64,000 bases of DNA from Halorientalis sp. (GTDB lineage Archaea > Halobacteriota > Halobacteria > Halobacteriales > Haloarculaceae): contig NZ_JAQCNH010000001.1 in assembly GCF_028275115.1 (NCBI RefSeq), forward strand, positions 17,321 through 81,320. Direction: 5' to 3'. Below are positions 8,439 to 18,571 of this stretch, piece by piece. The translations under genes and the position numbers were made by a program. The notes under the pieces were generated by a model. It ran no database searches. It was not told where the DNA came from and saw nothing but the letters and a program-made list of their open reading frames with translations. Positions within the stretch are counted from its first letter, which is position 1; every line of letters begins with the position of its first letter.

Positions 8439-9782
8439 ATGGAACCGGCCCAACGCGAGGAGAGAGTGGGTCCACGCGCGGGTGCGGTGCTTGTCAGTCG
8501 TACCTGCGAGGTACCGGACGTGTCCTACCGGGCGTTCCTGGCGAGCCATCCGACCCCGCGGCTCCACTGGGCCGCGCCGGATGGTCTCGAGATGGTCGGT
8601 AGCGGTGCCGCAGTGACACTGACCGCTCGTGGACCGGACCGGTTCACTCGACTCCGCGAAGCGGCTGCGGCGGTCTTCGGCGACGTGGACCGCACTGGGC
8701 CGACGGAGACGCGACCGCGATTCCTCGGAGGGCTGGCGTTCAACGAGAACCACGACCCAGCGCCGCCCTGGACCGGGTTCCCGGCGGCGGCGTTTTTGCT
8801 CCCCGAGACGCAGCTAACGCGGGCGGACGGCACCACCTGGCTGACCGTCAGGGACTACGGACAGAACGTGTCCCCCGACGACGTGGCCGCCAGACTGGAG
8901 CGCACCCGAGAGAATCTAGAGATACTTCCCTCGATGTGTCCGAGCGGCGGTCCGCCGGGCGTCGAGCACACCGAGGTCACGCCCACGAAAGTCCGGTGGA
9001 CCACGCAGGTCGACGAGGCCATCGACCGAATCGCCGACGGTAATCTCCGGAAAGTCGTCCTCGCAACGGCGCTGTCGGTCGACCTCGCGGACGAACTCGA
9101 CGTGCCGAACGTGCTCGAACGGCTCCGTCGAACCTACCCGAACTGCTACCGGTTCCTCGTCCAGCCGACCGACGAGGCCGCTTTCTTTGGCCCGCCGCCG
9201 GAACGGCTGGTGAAACTGGCCGACGGCCGGGTCCAGACCGAGGCGCTGGCCGGGTCGGTTCCGCGGGGCGAGACGCCGGAGGAAGACGCCGACCACGCAC
9301 AGTCGCTACTCGAGAGCGAGAAGCTCCAGCACGAGCAGCGACTCGTCGTCGACGCGATTATGGACCAGTTGGCACCGCTGGGCGAGGTTTCGGAGGGCGA
9401 GCAGGACGTCCGAAAGCTCACGAACATCCAGCACCTCCAGACGCCGATCACGACGACGCTATCGGACGACGAACACGTCCTCACCATCGTCGAGGCGCTC
9501 CACCCGACGCCGGCCGTCGGTGGTCTCCCGCCGGAGCGTGCCTGGCAGGTCATCCGCGACACCGAGACCTTCGAGCGCGGCTGGTATGCCGCGCCAGTCG
9601 GCTGGTTCGACAGTGACGGGGACGGCGAGTTCGCCGTCGGCATCCGGTCGGGCGTCGCTGGTGGTCGAACGGCGACGCTATTCGCCGGCAGCGGCGTCGT
9701 CACCGATTCCGATCCCGACGAGGAGTGGGACGAGGTCGAGCACAAGTACCGCCCGATCCTCGACGAACTCGAACGCAGATGA
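8439..9782 (+). CDS. menF: Isochorismate synthase
   Basis: KVVLA, PERLV, ALAGS, HEQRLVV, LHPTPAVGG, RGWYAAPVGW, FAVGIRS chorismate-binding motifs; overlaps menD. Confidence 0.92.
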   Translation: MEPAQREERVGPRAGAVLVSRTCEVPDVSYRAFLASHPTPRLHWAAPDGLEMVGSGAAVTLTARGPDRFTRLREAAAAVFGDVDRTGPTETRPRFLGGLAFNENHDPAPPWTGFPAAAFLLPETQLTRADGTTWLTVRDYGQNVSPDDVAARLERTRENLEILPSMCPSGGPPGVEHTEVTPTKVRWTTQVDEAIDRIADGNLRKVVLATALSVDLADELDVPNVLERLRRTYPNCYRFLVQPTDEAAFFGPPPERLVKLADGRVQTEALAGSVPRGETPEEDADHAQSLLESEKLQHEQRLVVDAIMDQLAPLGEVSEGEQDVRKLTNIQHLQTPITTTLSDDEHVLTIVEALHPTPAVGGLPPERAWQVIRDTETFERGWYAAPVGWFDSDGDGEFAVGIRSGVAGGRTATLFAGSGVVTDSDPDEEWDEVEHKYRPILDELERR

Positions 9783-11557
9783 CCGCGCCCAACCGCAACA
9801 CGCTGTGGGGCCGAGTCATCGCCGACGAACTCGCCGCGGCCGGCGTGTCGGGTGCCGTGCTGGCCCCGGGCAGTCGCTCGACGCCACTGACCGTCGCTAT
9901 CGCCGACCACAGCGAGTTCGAGACGTTCTCCGTGCTCGACGAACGCTCGGCGGCGTTTTTCGCGCTGGGCCGGGCACGTAGGACCGGCGACCCCACCGCG
10001 GTCGTCTGTACCTCCGGGACCGCCGCTGCGAACTTTCACCCGGCAGTGATCGAAGCCAGCCAGTCGCGGGTCCCGCTCCTGCTGCTGACCGCCGACCGCC
10101 CGCCCGAACTCGCCGACAGCGGTGCCAACCAGACCGTCGACCAGGAGAAACTGTACGGGGATTCGGTCCGCTGGTACCGCAGCCTCCCGGAACCGGAGCC
10201 GACGGACCGGAAACTCCGCTCGCTTCGGACCACGATAGACCGGGCCGTCGGCGCGACGACTGCCACTCCAGCCGGTCCGGTCCATCTCAACTGCCCGTTC
10301 CGAAAGCCGCTCGAACCGGTCGACGTGGACGGCGATGTGCCCGGGGGCCTGGCCGACCGCGCTCCTCTCGCAGTCGAGGGCCGTGACGGTCCGTACGTCG
10401 AACGAACCGCGGGACGGCCGGAACTGACCGAGACGGAGGTCGACGACGTGGCAGCGGCTCTGCGGAACGGCGACCGCGGGCTGCTCGTCGCTGGACCGGC
10501 CGACGCACCCGGCCTCGGCCCGGAAGCGGTGGCCGACCTCGCTGCGGCGACGGGGTTCCCGGTCCTCGCCGACCCCCTCTCCGGGTTGCGATTCGGCGAC
10601 CACCTCGACCGAGCAGGCGTGACCGTCTGTGGCGGGTACGACTCCTATCTCGACGGAGCAGGCGACTGGCCCGACCCGACGGTCGTGATGCGATTCGGCG
10701 CCTCCCCGACGTCGAAGGTCCTCCGGCAGTATCTTCGGGACCGGGCCGACCGGCAGTTCGTCGTCGACCCGGCCGGTGGCTGGCGGGAGGCCGAGTTCAC
10801 CGCCACCGATCACCTGGTCGCGGACCCCTCGCGGTTGGCGCGGGCGCTGGCGGAACGATTCGACGACGGGGTGACCGACACGGGTGACAGCGGGTACCGC
10901 GAGCGATTTGCCAGTGCTGAGCGCGACTACTGGGACCTGGTCGACGACGCGCGCGCCGACGAACCCTTCGAGGGACAGGTGCTGGCGACGGTCACCGAAC
11001 GCGTCCCAGACCCCGCGACACTCTTCGTCTCTAACAGTATGCCGGTCCGTGACCTGGACCGGTTCGGCCGGCCGCGGGCCACCGACTTGACGGTACTCGG
11101 CAACCGAGGCGCCAGCGGCATCGACGGGATCACGAGCACGGCGTTAGGTGCCGGGAGCGCGACCGGTGACCCGCTGGTGCTGGTCACCGGCGACCTCGCG
11201 TACTACCACGACACGAACGGTCTGCTCTCTCTGGCTCGCTGTGGCGTCGACGCGACCATCGTCCTCGTGAACAACGACGGCGGCGGTATCTTCCACATCC
11301 TCCCCATCGAGGACTTCGACCCGCCGTTTACCGAGCAGTTCCGAACACCCCACGGGTTGGACTTCGAACCGACCGCCGACCTCTACGGCCTGGCGTTCCA
11401 GCGTGTGCGACCCGACGAGTTCGCCGAGGCGTTCGAGGAGGCACAGGAGATGGACGGCACGCAGGTCGTCGAAGTGGTCTTCAACGCCGAGGCGAGCCAC
11501 CGGACGCGGGAGGCGATACACCGGCGCGTGGTTGAGCAGGCCGAATCGGACCGTTGA
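9779..11557 (+). CDS. menD: SEPHCHC synthase (ThDP-dependent)
   Basis: APGSRSTPL, LDERSAAFFALG, CTSGTAAAN, SNSMPVRDLD, GNRGASGIDG, GDLAYYHD. Confidence 0.95.
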   Translation: MTAPNRNTLWGRVIADELAAAGVSGAVLAPGSRSTPLTVAIADHSEFETFSVLDERSAAFFALGRARRTGDPTAVVCTSGTAAANFHPAVIEASQSRVPLLLLTADRPPELADSGANQTVDQEKLYGDSVRWYRSLPEPEPTDRKLRSLRTTIDRAVGATTATPAGPVHLNCPFRKPLEPVDVDGDVPGGLADRAPLAVEGRDGPYVERTAGRPELTETEVDDVAAALRNGDRGLLVAGPADAPGLGPEAVADLAAATGFPVLADPLSGLRFGDHLDRAGVTVCGGYDSYLDGAGDWPDPTVVMRFGASPTSKVLRQYLRDRADRQFVVDPAGGWREAEFTATDHLVADPSRLARALAERFDDGVTDTGDSGYRERFASAERDYWDLVDDARADEPFEGQVLATVTERVPDPATLFVSNSMPVRDLDRFGRPRATDLTVLGNRGASGIDGITSTALGAGSATGDPLVLVTGDLAYYHDTNGLLSLARCGVDATIVLVNNDGGGIFHILPIEDFDPPFTEQFRTPHGLDFEPTADLYGLAFQRVRPDEFAEAFEEAQEMDGTQVVEVVFNAEASHRTREAIHRRVVEQAESDR

Positions 11558-11599
11558 GCGAGTGAGACGGGCAATCCAGTCCGTCCACGAAAGCCAGCG

Positions 11600-11629
11600 T
11601 TCAAGTACGACCCGGTTGGACAACCGGGT
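11600..11629 (+). promoter_or_regulatory. TATA-like TTCAAG followed by a perfect 9-bp inverted repeat (candidate operator) just before the thiamine ABC operon start
   Basis: ACCCGGTTG-GA-CAACCGGGT at 11610-11629; ATG at 11631. Confidence 0.6.
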
Positions 11630-11630
11630 A

Positions 11631-12689
11631 ATGCAACGACGCAACTTTCTCTCACGGACCGGGCTCGCAGCGGCAGGGCTCGCGGCGACGGCAGGGTGTA
11701 TCGGTGACTCGTCGGACACAGGAACTGGGACGCTTACCATCGCGACCTACTCCTCGTTCACGGGGGAGGACACGGCGGGCAACTGGCTCAAGTCGGCGTT
11801 CGAGGAGGAGCGTTCGGACGCGACAATCGAGTTTCAGACGCCGGAGAACGGGGTCAACCGGTTCGTCCAACGCAAGTCCGAGGGCGCACAGGTCGACGCC
11901 GACCTGTTCGTCGGCCTGAACACCGGCGAACTCGTCCGGGCCGACGAGCAACTCGACGAGCGACTGTTCGCGACGGTCGAGGGCGACGTCGAGGGGGCTG
12001 ACGCGGTGGACCCGTCGCTGTCGTTCGACCCGGATGGACGCGTCATCCCCTACGATACGGGGTTCATCAGTCTTGTCTACGACGAGGGCGAGGTCGACGG
12101 ACCGGGGACGTTCGACGCGTTGCTGGAACCGGCCTACGAGGACGCGCTGATCGTCCAGAACGCCCAGCAGTCCGACCCCGGCCGGGCGTTCCTGCTGTGG
12201 ACTATCGACGCGAAGGGGCCAGAGGGCTACCTCGATTACTGGGAGGGGTTGGCCGACAACGGCGTCCAGGTGCTCTCGGACTGGGAGCCGGCCTATCAGG
12301 CGTACACGGACGGGGAGGCCCCGATGGTCGTCTCGTACTCCACGGACCAGGTGTACTACAACGGCGAGGGCGTCGATATGTCGCGCCACCAGGTCGGGTT
12401 CCTGAACGACCAAGGCTACGCGAACCCCGAAGGAATGGCGCAGTTCGCCGACGCCGACGACCCCGAACTGGCCCGGGAGTTCATGTCGTTCGTCCTCTCC
12501 GAGGCGGCACAAAAGGAGATCGCAGTACGGAACGTGCAGTTCCCGGCGGTCGAGGGGGTCGAACCGGGTGGTGACTTCGGCGAGTTCGCGCTCAGACCGC
12601 CCGAGGCGGTAACGTTCGGCTACGACGAACTCGCCGGCGATGTCGACGGCTGGATCGAGGCGTGGGCGCGCCAAATTGCGGGCGGGTAA
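11631..12689 (+). CDS. thiB: Thiamine ABC transporter substrate-binding lipoprotein (Tat)
   Basis: MQRRNFL Tat signal with AGC lipobox; TYSSF, ADLFVGL, SDPGRAFL, DWEPAY, VVSYSTD, YANPEG motifs. Confidence 0.88.
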   Translation: MQRRNFLSRTGLAAAGLAATAGCIGDSSDTGTGTLTIATYSSFTGEDTAGNWLKSAFEEERSDATIEFQTPENGVNRFVQRKSEGAQVDADLFVGLNTGELVRADEQLDERLFATVEGDVEGADAVDPSLSFDPDGRVIPYDTGFISLVYDEGEVDGPGTFDALLEPAYEDALIVQNAQQSDPGRAFLLWTIDAKGPEGYLDYWEGLADNGVQVLSDWEPAYQAYTDGEAPMVVSYSTDQVYYNGEGVDMSRHQVGFLNDQGYANPEGMAQFADADDPELAREFMSFVLSEAAQKEIAVRNVQFPAVEGVEPGGDFGEFALRPPEAVTFGYDELAGDVDGWIEAWARQIAGG

Positions 12690-12691
12690 CC

Positions 12692-14473
12692 ATGGCCACC
12701 CGGGACGGCTGGTCGCTGTGGGTCGGCGTCGCCGCGACGGTCACGACACTCGTCGTCGTCTTCTACTACCCTGTGGCCAGCGTCTTCGCCGACGCGTTCA
12801 GCGTCGACGGACGGTTCGCACTCGCTCCGGTCCGCTCGGTGCTGGGCGACCCCTTCTACACGGGCGCGGCACACACGCTCGTCACCGACCCCGCCGCAGT
12901 TCCAGCGGGGGTCGCGGCGTGGCTCGCGGCCGGCGCACCGGCCGTCGAGTTCGGCCTGTTCGGATTCACCGCCTACCAGGCGCTGCTCTCGACGGTGGTC
13001 AGTGTTGTCGTCGGCCTCCCCGGTGCGTACGTTCTCGCCCGCTTCGAGTTCCCCGGTCGGCGATTCCTCCGGTCGGTTACCATCCTTCCGTTCGTCCTGC
13101 CCTCGATTCTCGTCGCGGTCGGCTTCCTGGCGATGTTCGGCCGGACCGGACTGTTCAACGACATACTCGGAGTCGCCGGGCTCGGCCCCGTTGGACTGAC
13201 GTTCACCGTAGAAATCGTCGTCCTCGCTCACGCGTTCTACAACGCGCCGCTGGTGACGCGGCTCGTGACCGCGGCCTGGGAGTCCGTCGACGCCGACCGT
13301 GTCGAGAGCGCCCGGACGCTCGGGGCGTCGCCCGTGCGGGCCTTCCGCGACGTGACGCTCCCACAACTGTTGCCCGCGCTGGCGACGGCCGCAGTGTTGA
13401 CGTTCGTGTTCACCTTCATGTCGTTCCCCATCGTCCTCGCACTCGGTGGGCTGGAACTGGCCACCGTCGAGGTGTGGCTGTTCGCACGCGTCCAGAGCCT
13501 CGACCTGGCCGAGGCGGCGACACTGGGGGCCATCGAGACCGCACTCTCGCTTGGACTGCTGTACGTCTATCTGCAGTACGAGGCGAGACGGACCGGGTCG
13601 AGCAGGGCGGAGCGGGGCCTCTCCCGACGGCCGCTCGTCGATGGAGTGCGCTCGCTCACCGACCCCCTGCGGCTCGCCCTGCTCGGGTACGGCTGTGTCG
13701 TCCTCCTGTTGTTCGCGGGACCGCTGGTGAGTCTCGTCGTCGAGAGTGTCACGACGCCAGCCGGAGGGCCGACGCTTGACTACTACGCGTTTCTGCTCGC
13801 CAGACAGGCCTCGACGGCCGCGGGGACGGTCCGGCCGTTCCCGGCCGTAGTCAACTCGCTGCTGTTCGGTGTGGGGACGCTCCTCGTGGCGATTCCGATG
13901 GGGGTAGTGGTCGCCATCGTCGCCACGCGCGGGGGCCGTGGCTCTCGCGCCGCCGAGGCACTGCTGACGGCTCCACTGGCGGTCAGCGGAATTGTACTTG
14001 GCCTCGGGCTGCTCCAGACGCTCGTGTTCGGGACGACCGTGTTCGGCCGCCGCCTCACCGTCACCGGTCCAGTCGCCATCGTCGCCGCTCACGCGGTCGC
14101 GGCGTACCCGTTCGTGTCCCGGAGCGTCACCCCGGCCCTCCGCTCGGTCGACGACCGGCTCGGGGAGGCCGCGCGCTCGCTCGGAGCCGACCGGACGGCC
14201 GTCCTGACGGACGTCGAACTGCCACTGGTCGCGCCGGCGCTCGTGGCCGGCGCGGCCTTTGCCTTCGCCATCAGCGTCGGCGAATTCGACTCGACCGTCC
14301 TGCTCTCGACGGGGGTCGACACTGCGACGATGCCGGTCGCGCTCGAACGGTACGTCGGCGCCCGCTCGCTGGGCCCGAACCTCGGCCCGGCGACGGCGAT
14401 GGGCACGGTCCTGTTGGCGGTGACGACCGTCAGTTTCGTCTTGATCGACCGCGTTGGCGGGAGGTGGCAGTGA
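12692..14473 (+). CDS. thiP: Thiamine ABC transporter permease (two fused BPD_transp_1 domains)
   Basis: LAHAFYNAPLVTR...ESARTLGA and EAARSLGA EAA motifs; many transmembrane helices. Confidence 0.88.
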   Translation: MATRDGWSLWVGVAATVTTLVVVFYYPVASVFADAFSVDGRFALAPVRSVLGDPFYTGAAHTLVTDPAAVPAGVAAWLAAGAPAVEFGLFGFTAYQALLSTVVSVVVGLPGAYVLARFEFPGRRFLRSVTILPFVLPSILVAVGFLAMFGRTGLFNDILGVAGLGPVGLTFTVEIVVLAHAFYNAPLVTRLVTAAWESVDADRVESARTLGASPVRAFRDVTLPQLLPALATAAVLTFVFTFMSFPIVLALGGLELATVEVWLFARVQSLDLAEAATLGAIETALSLGLLYVYLQYEARRTGSSRAERGLSRRPLVDGVRSLTDPLRLALLGYGCVVLLLFAGPLVSLVVESVTTPAGGPTLDYYAFLLARQASTAAGTVRPFPAVVNSLLFGVGTLLVAIPMGVVVAIVATRGGRGSRAAEALLTAPLAVSGIVLGLGLLQTLVFGTTVFGRRLTVTGPVAIVAAHAVAAYPFVSRSVTPALRSVDDRLGEAARSLGADRTAVLTDVELPLVAPALVAGAAFAFAISVGEFDSTVLLSTGVDTATMPVALERYVGARSLGPNLGPATAMGTVLLAVTTVSFVLIDRVGGRWQ

Positions 14474-15606
14474 TGTCGGGACCGGACGGCGGCGTCGGCG
14501 TCGAGGGCCTGACGGTCTCGTTCGGCGACGTCCGGGCGCTCTCGGACGTGTCGCTGTCGATTGCCGACGGTGAGTTCTTTACGCTCGTCGGCCCGTCAGG
14601 CTGTGGCAAGACGACGCTGTTGCGCGCGGTCGCCGGCCTCGAGACGCCGACTGCGGGCCGAGTGCGGATCGAAGGGCGCGACGCGACGGAGGAACCACCA
14701 GAGGAGCGCAGGGTCGGCGTCGTCTTCCAGAACTACGCACTCTTTCCTCACATGAGCGCCCGGGAGAACGTCGCCTACGGGTTGCAGTTCCACGACCTCC
14801 CCGAACCCGACGACGAGCGGGTGGCGGAGCTGCTCGACCTGGTCGACTTGGGGAGCGTCGCGCACCGAGCGCCCGACCAACTCTCGGGCGGCCAGCGCCA
14901 GCGGATCGCGCTGGCCCGTGCCCTGGCCCCGAAACCCGACGTCCTCCTGCTCGACGAGCCGCTGTCGGCGCTGGACGCCCGACTTCGGAAACGGCTCAGA
15001 GTGCAGATTCGGTCGATCCAGCGCGACCTCGGAATCACCACCGTCTATGTCACCCACGACCAGGCCGAGGCGCTGGCGATCAGCGACCGCGTCGCCGTCG
15101 TGCGCGACGGTCGAATCGAGCAACTCGGGACGCCGGAGGGGGTGTACCGCGAGCCAGCTACTCGCTTCGTCGCGGAGTTCGTCGGCGACAACAACGTCTT
15201 CGACGGCGTCGTCGGCGAGGCCGGCGACGAGATTTCAGTCGGCGGGGCCGCGAGACTCCCACTCCCGGAGCGGACCGACACGGCGGCGGGGAAGCCGGCG
15301 ACAGTCTCGGTCCGACCGGAAGCGGTTTCGCTACAGGAACTGGCCGACCCGGCGACCGGCAGGGACGGACCGACGACTGGGGCGTCCGGGTCCGAGGGCG
15401 CGACGTGGCAGCGCGCGACCGTCGAAACCGTGGAGTACCTCGGGGACGCATACCGGGTTCACTGTCGGTGGAACGGGCGGCCGGTCATCGTCAAGACCGG
15501 AGGCACGAGCGCACCGGCGGGGGCCGTCTCGCTCCGGTTCGATGCAAAGGACGTTCACGTCCTCTCGACCGGAGCAGACGTGGACGCGACCGAGGTGAAC
15601 CGATGA
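14473..15606 (+). CDS. thiQ: Thiamine ABC transporter ATP-binding subunit with TOBE domain
   Basis: GPSGCGKT, LSGGQRQR, LLLDEP, YVTHDQ. Confidence 0.85.
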   Translation: MSGPDGGVGVEGLTVSFGDVRALSDVSLSIADGEFFTLVGPSGCGKTTLLRAVAGLETPTAGRVRIEGRDATEEPPEERRVGVVFQNYALFPHMSARENVAYGLQFHDLPEPDDERVAELLDLVDLGSVAHRAPDQLSGGQRQRIALARALAPKPDVLLLDEPLSALDARLRKRLRVQIRSIQRDLGITTVYVTHDQAEALAISDRVAVVRDGRIEQLGTPEGVYREPATRFVAEFVGDNNVFDGVVGEAGDEISVGGAARLPLPERTDTAAGKPATVSVRPEAVSLQELADPATGRDGPTTGASGSEGATWQRATVETVEYLGDAYRVHCRWNGRPVIVKTGGTSAPAGAVSLRFDAKDVHVLSTGADVDATEVNR

Positions 15607-16604
15607 CCGGCCTTGGAAAGATCGACGACGAGACGTTCCGAGACGTAATCTACCCGTCGCTGGGGGCGAGCCGAGACGACGTGACGCTGGGGCCACAGCA
15701 CGGAATCGACTTTGGGGTGCTGGAGGTGGGTGGTCGTGCGGTCGCCATCGCGGCCGACCCGATTTCACTGTTACCCGACCTCGGGTTCGAGCGGGCGGGT
15801 CGCCTCGCGCTGGAGGTCGTTCTGACCGACGTGGCCGTCTCCGGCATCGCGCCGACACACCTGGCGATCAGCCTGACGCTTCCACCGACCTGGAGCGACG
15901 AGGAACTGGCCGCGGCGTGGGCCGGACTCGCGAGTCACGCCGAACGGCTCGGCGTGGCCATCGTCACGGGACACACGGGACGGTATGCCGGTGTCGACAG
16001 TTCCTGGGTCGGCGGCGCGACGGTCCTGGGCGTCGGCGACCCCGAAGATCTGGTTCGGCCCGACGGCGCTACCCCAGGCGACGAGATCGTGATGACCACG
16101 GGCCCGGCGGCGGAGATGACCGGGCTGCTCGCGACGCTGTTCCCGGAGCAGTTGGGCCTCGACGCCGGAACCGTGGCGACCGCACAGGAGCGGGTCGACG
16201 ACATCGCGGCCGTCGCAGACGCCAATGTCGCTTTCGAGGCCGGCGACGTCACCGCCATGCACGACGCGACGGAAGGTGGTGTCGCCGGCGGACTCACCGA
16301 GATGGCTCGCGGCGCGGGGGTCCGGTTCGAGGTCGACGCCGACCGAGTGCCGGTCGGGCCGGGCGTCGAAGCCGTCTGCGACGCCGTTGATGTCGACCCG
16401 TGGACGGTGACCAGCGCCGGGACGCTCCTGATCGCCGTCGGATCGGGTGACGGGCACACGGTGGCCGAGGCAGTGCGACGGCGCGGGACACCTGCGGCCG
16501 TGGTCGGGTCGGTGACCGACGGTGAGGGTGTCGTCGTCGACGGCGACGCGCTCGAGTCGCCGGACAGTGACCCTGCATGGGACGTCTTCGACCGACTCTC
16601 GTGA
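15603..16604 (+). CDS. AIR-synthase-family (PurM/HypE/ThiL-like) protein
   Basis: GIDFGVL, DPIS, TDVAVSG, TGHT, MHDATEGG; ATGA overlap with thiQ. Confidence 0.85.
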   Translation: MTGLGKIDDETFRDVIYPSLGASRDDVTLGPQHGIDFGVLEVGGRAVAIAADPISLLPDLGFERAGRLALEVVLTDVAVSGIAPTHLAISLTLPPTWSDEELAAAWAGLASHAERLGVAIVTGHTGRYAGVDSSWVGGATVLGVGDPEDLVRPDGATPGDEIVMTTGPAAEMTGLLATLFPEQLGLDAGTVATAQERVDDIAAVADANVAFEAGDVTAMHDATEGGVAGGLTEMARGAGVRFEVDADRVPVGPGVEAVCDAVDVDPWTVTSAGTLLIAVGSGDGHTVAEAVRRRGTPAAVVGSVTDGEGVVVDGDALESPDSDPAWDVFDRLS

Positions 16605-16626
16605 CGACGGTCGCGTTGGGCCCCGG

Positions 16627-17481
16627 TCAGGTCCGGAGGGCGGCCCGAGTCAGCACCGAGAGCCCGAACGGGACCCAGCAGGCGGTCAGCGCGACGACGC
16701 CGACCAGCGAGACGATGCCGATGTCGGGCAGGGCGATCAGGACGGCTGGCGCCAGCACGCCCCAGCCGCCGAATACGGCGATGCCCACCTCCGGAATCGA
16801 GAGCAGATAGGCGACCACGAACAGCGTACAGAGTCCGACGACGATGTTGACTGCCGCCGGAAACAGTGGGAACAGCGAGGCGAACAGAAACACGGGATAG
16901 AGCGCGAACATCGTCCCGACCTGAATGAGCGACTGGGGTGTCAGCGGGACCCGAACGCGGTCGAACGACTGTTCTTTGTACTCGGTGCGTGTGGCGTAAC
17001 CGGCCGTGGTCGCGCTCGCACCGCCACGCTGGCTCCCCGTCTGTTGCCACTCTGTCGCGTCGGCACTTCCCTGCGCTGCGGCGTCGCCTGTCCCGGTCGT
17101 CCGTTCGGAGCGCCCCGGATCAGCGTCCTCTCGTCCCGCGGAGTGGGTACCGTCGGCCGCCCGGTCAGCGGACCGGTCGGTGTCGTGTCGACCCGTCGTG
17201 CCGTCGGATTGCGGCCCGCTGTGGGACCGGTCCGCGTCGGCCGCTCCCGTGTCGTCGACGTACCGACGGTGGCCCAGCCGGTCGTATCGCGCCCGTTCGT
17301 CCGGGTCCGTTAGCACCTCTCTGGCCCGAGTAACGCGTTTGAACCGCTGTTCCGCGTCGGAACGGTCGCTCACGTCGGGATGGGTCTCCTTGACCTTCTC
17401 GCGGTAGGCAGCCTGGATAGCGCTGCGGGACGCGTCGGGCGACACGTCGAGCACGTCGTAGAACGTGGATTGGGCGTGCAT
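16627..17481 (-). CDS. J-domain protein with disordered linker and three to four C-terminal TM helices
   Basis: FYDVLDV...AYREKVKETHPDV (HPD intact)...VLTDPDERARYD; hydrophobic C-terminus. Confidence 0.88.
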   Translation of the reverse strand: MHAQSTFYDVLDVSPDASRSAIQAAYREKVKETHPDVSDRSDAEQRFKRVTRAREVLTDPDERARYDRLGHRRYVDDTGAADADRSHSGPQSDGTTGRHDTDRSADRAADGTHSAGREDADPGRSERTTGTGDAAAQGSADATEWQQTGSQRGGASATTAGYATRTEYKEQSFDRVRVPLTPQSLIQVGTMFALYPVFLFASLFPLFPAAVNIVVGLCTLFVVAYLLSIPEVGIAVFGGWGVLAPAVLIALPDIGIVSLVGVVALTACWVPFGLSVLTRAALRT

Positions 17482-17652
17482 CGGGTAGGGGGGCGAGGGT
17501 GGGGTAGTTATCGGGCGACACTGAGCGGTCGAACCGCTTGGATTCGTCTACCTATCTATACGAGAGAACGCTGATAAATCTCCCCCGTACTCTCGGCGCT
17601 GAAACCGGTCGCGACCGGGAACCTATTTGACGACACCGGACCGAGTCAAAGT

Positions 17653-18528
17653 ATGGTTTCCGCACTTTTCCAGGAGAACCGCTGGGAAGCCGTCGCGGAG
17701 TTCGATTTCGAGGATATAACGTATCACCGCGCGACCGACACCGGCGCGGTCCGTATCGCGTTCGACCGGCCGGCCGTCCGCAACGCCTTTCGCCCGCCGA
17801 CGGTGGACGAACTATACGTCGCATTGGACCACGCCAAACGCCAGACCGACGTGGGGTGTGTCCTCCTGACTGGCAACGGCCCGTCACCCAGAGACGACGG
17901 CTGGGCGTTCTGTTCCGGCGGGGACCAGACCGTGCGGGGGCCGGACGGCTACCAGTACGATGGAGAGGGGAAGACCGGCCGCCTGCACATCCTCGAAGTC
18001 CAGCGACTCATCCGGTTCATGCCCAAACCCGTCATTTGCGTTGTTCCAGGGTGGGCCGTCGGTGGCGGCCACTCGCTACACGTCGTCTGTGACATGACGC
18101 TGGCCAGCGAAGAACACGCGAAGTTCCTCCAGACCGACCCCGACGTGGCTTCCTTCGACGCCGGCTTCGGCTCCGCGCTGCTCGCCCAGCAGATCGGCCA
18201 GAAGAAGGCCCGTGAGGTGTTCTTTCTCGGGAAAACCTACGACGCGTCCGAAGCCGAAGAGATGGGTATGGTCAACGAGGTCGTACCTCACGAGGAACTG
18301 GAGGCGGTTGCGCTGGCCTGGGCCGAAGCGATCAACACGAAGTCCCCCACCGCGATCCGGATGCTCAAGTACGCGTTCAACCTCGCCGACGACGGGCTGG
18401 TCGGCCAGCAAATCTTCGCCGGCGAGGCGACCCGGCTCGGTTACATGACCGAGGAAGCTCAGGAAGGCCGGGACGCCTTCGTCGAGGGTCGGGATCCGGA
18501 CTTCTCGCAGTTCCCCTGGCACTACTGA
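17653..18528 (+). CDS. menB: 1,4-dihydroxy-2-naphthoyl-CoA synthase
   Basis: RNAFRP, AFCSGGDQ, GGGHSLHVVCD, VASFDAGFGS, GRDAFVEGRDPDF. Confidence 0.95.
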   Translation: MVSALFQENRWEAVAEFDFEDITYHRATDTGAVRIAFDRPAVRNAFRPPTVDELYVALDHAKRQTDVGCVLLTGNGPSPRDDGWAFCSGGDQTVRGPDGYQYDGEGKTGRLHILEVQRLIRFMPKPVICVVPGWAVGGGHSLHVVCDMTLASEEHAKFLQTDPDVASFDAGFGSALLAQQIGQKKAREVFFLGKTYDASEAEEMGMVNEVVPHEELEAVALAWAEAINTKSPTAIRMLKYAFNLADDGLVGQQIFAGEATRLGYMTEEAQEGRDAFVEGRDPDFSQFPWHY

Positions 18529-18571
18529 ACGGTCCGATTAGTTATTACCGATTGCGTGACTATCCCGTCTT

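Noticed and set aside
9146-10813. Long antisense ORFs (also 51773-53557, 59342-60664, 12620-14092 and others)
   Set aside because: Shadows of high-GC coding sequence on the opposite strand; Arg/Gly/Val-rich, not acidic, no motifs.
17483-17510. G-rich tract GGGTAGGGGGGCGAGGGTGGGG (possible G-quadruplex; partial likeness to the IS right end)
   Set aside because: Single short occurrence in a 67%-GC-type background; the match to the IS end is only about 12 nt and lacks the terminal TTCAC.
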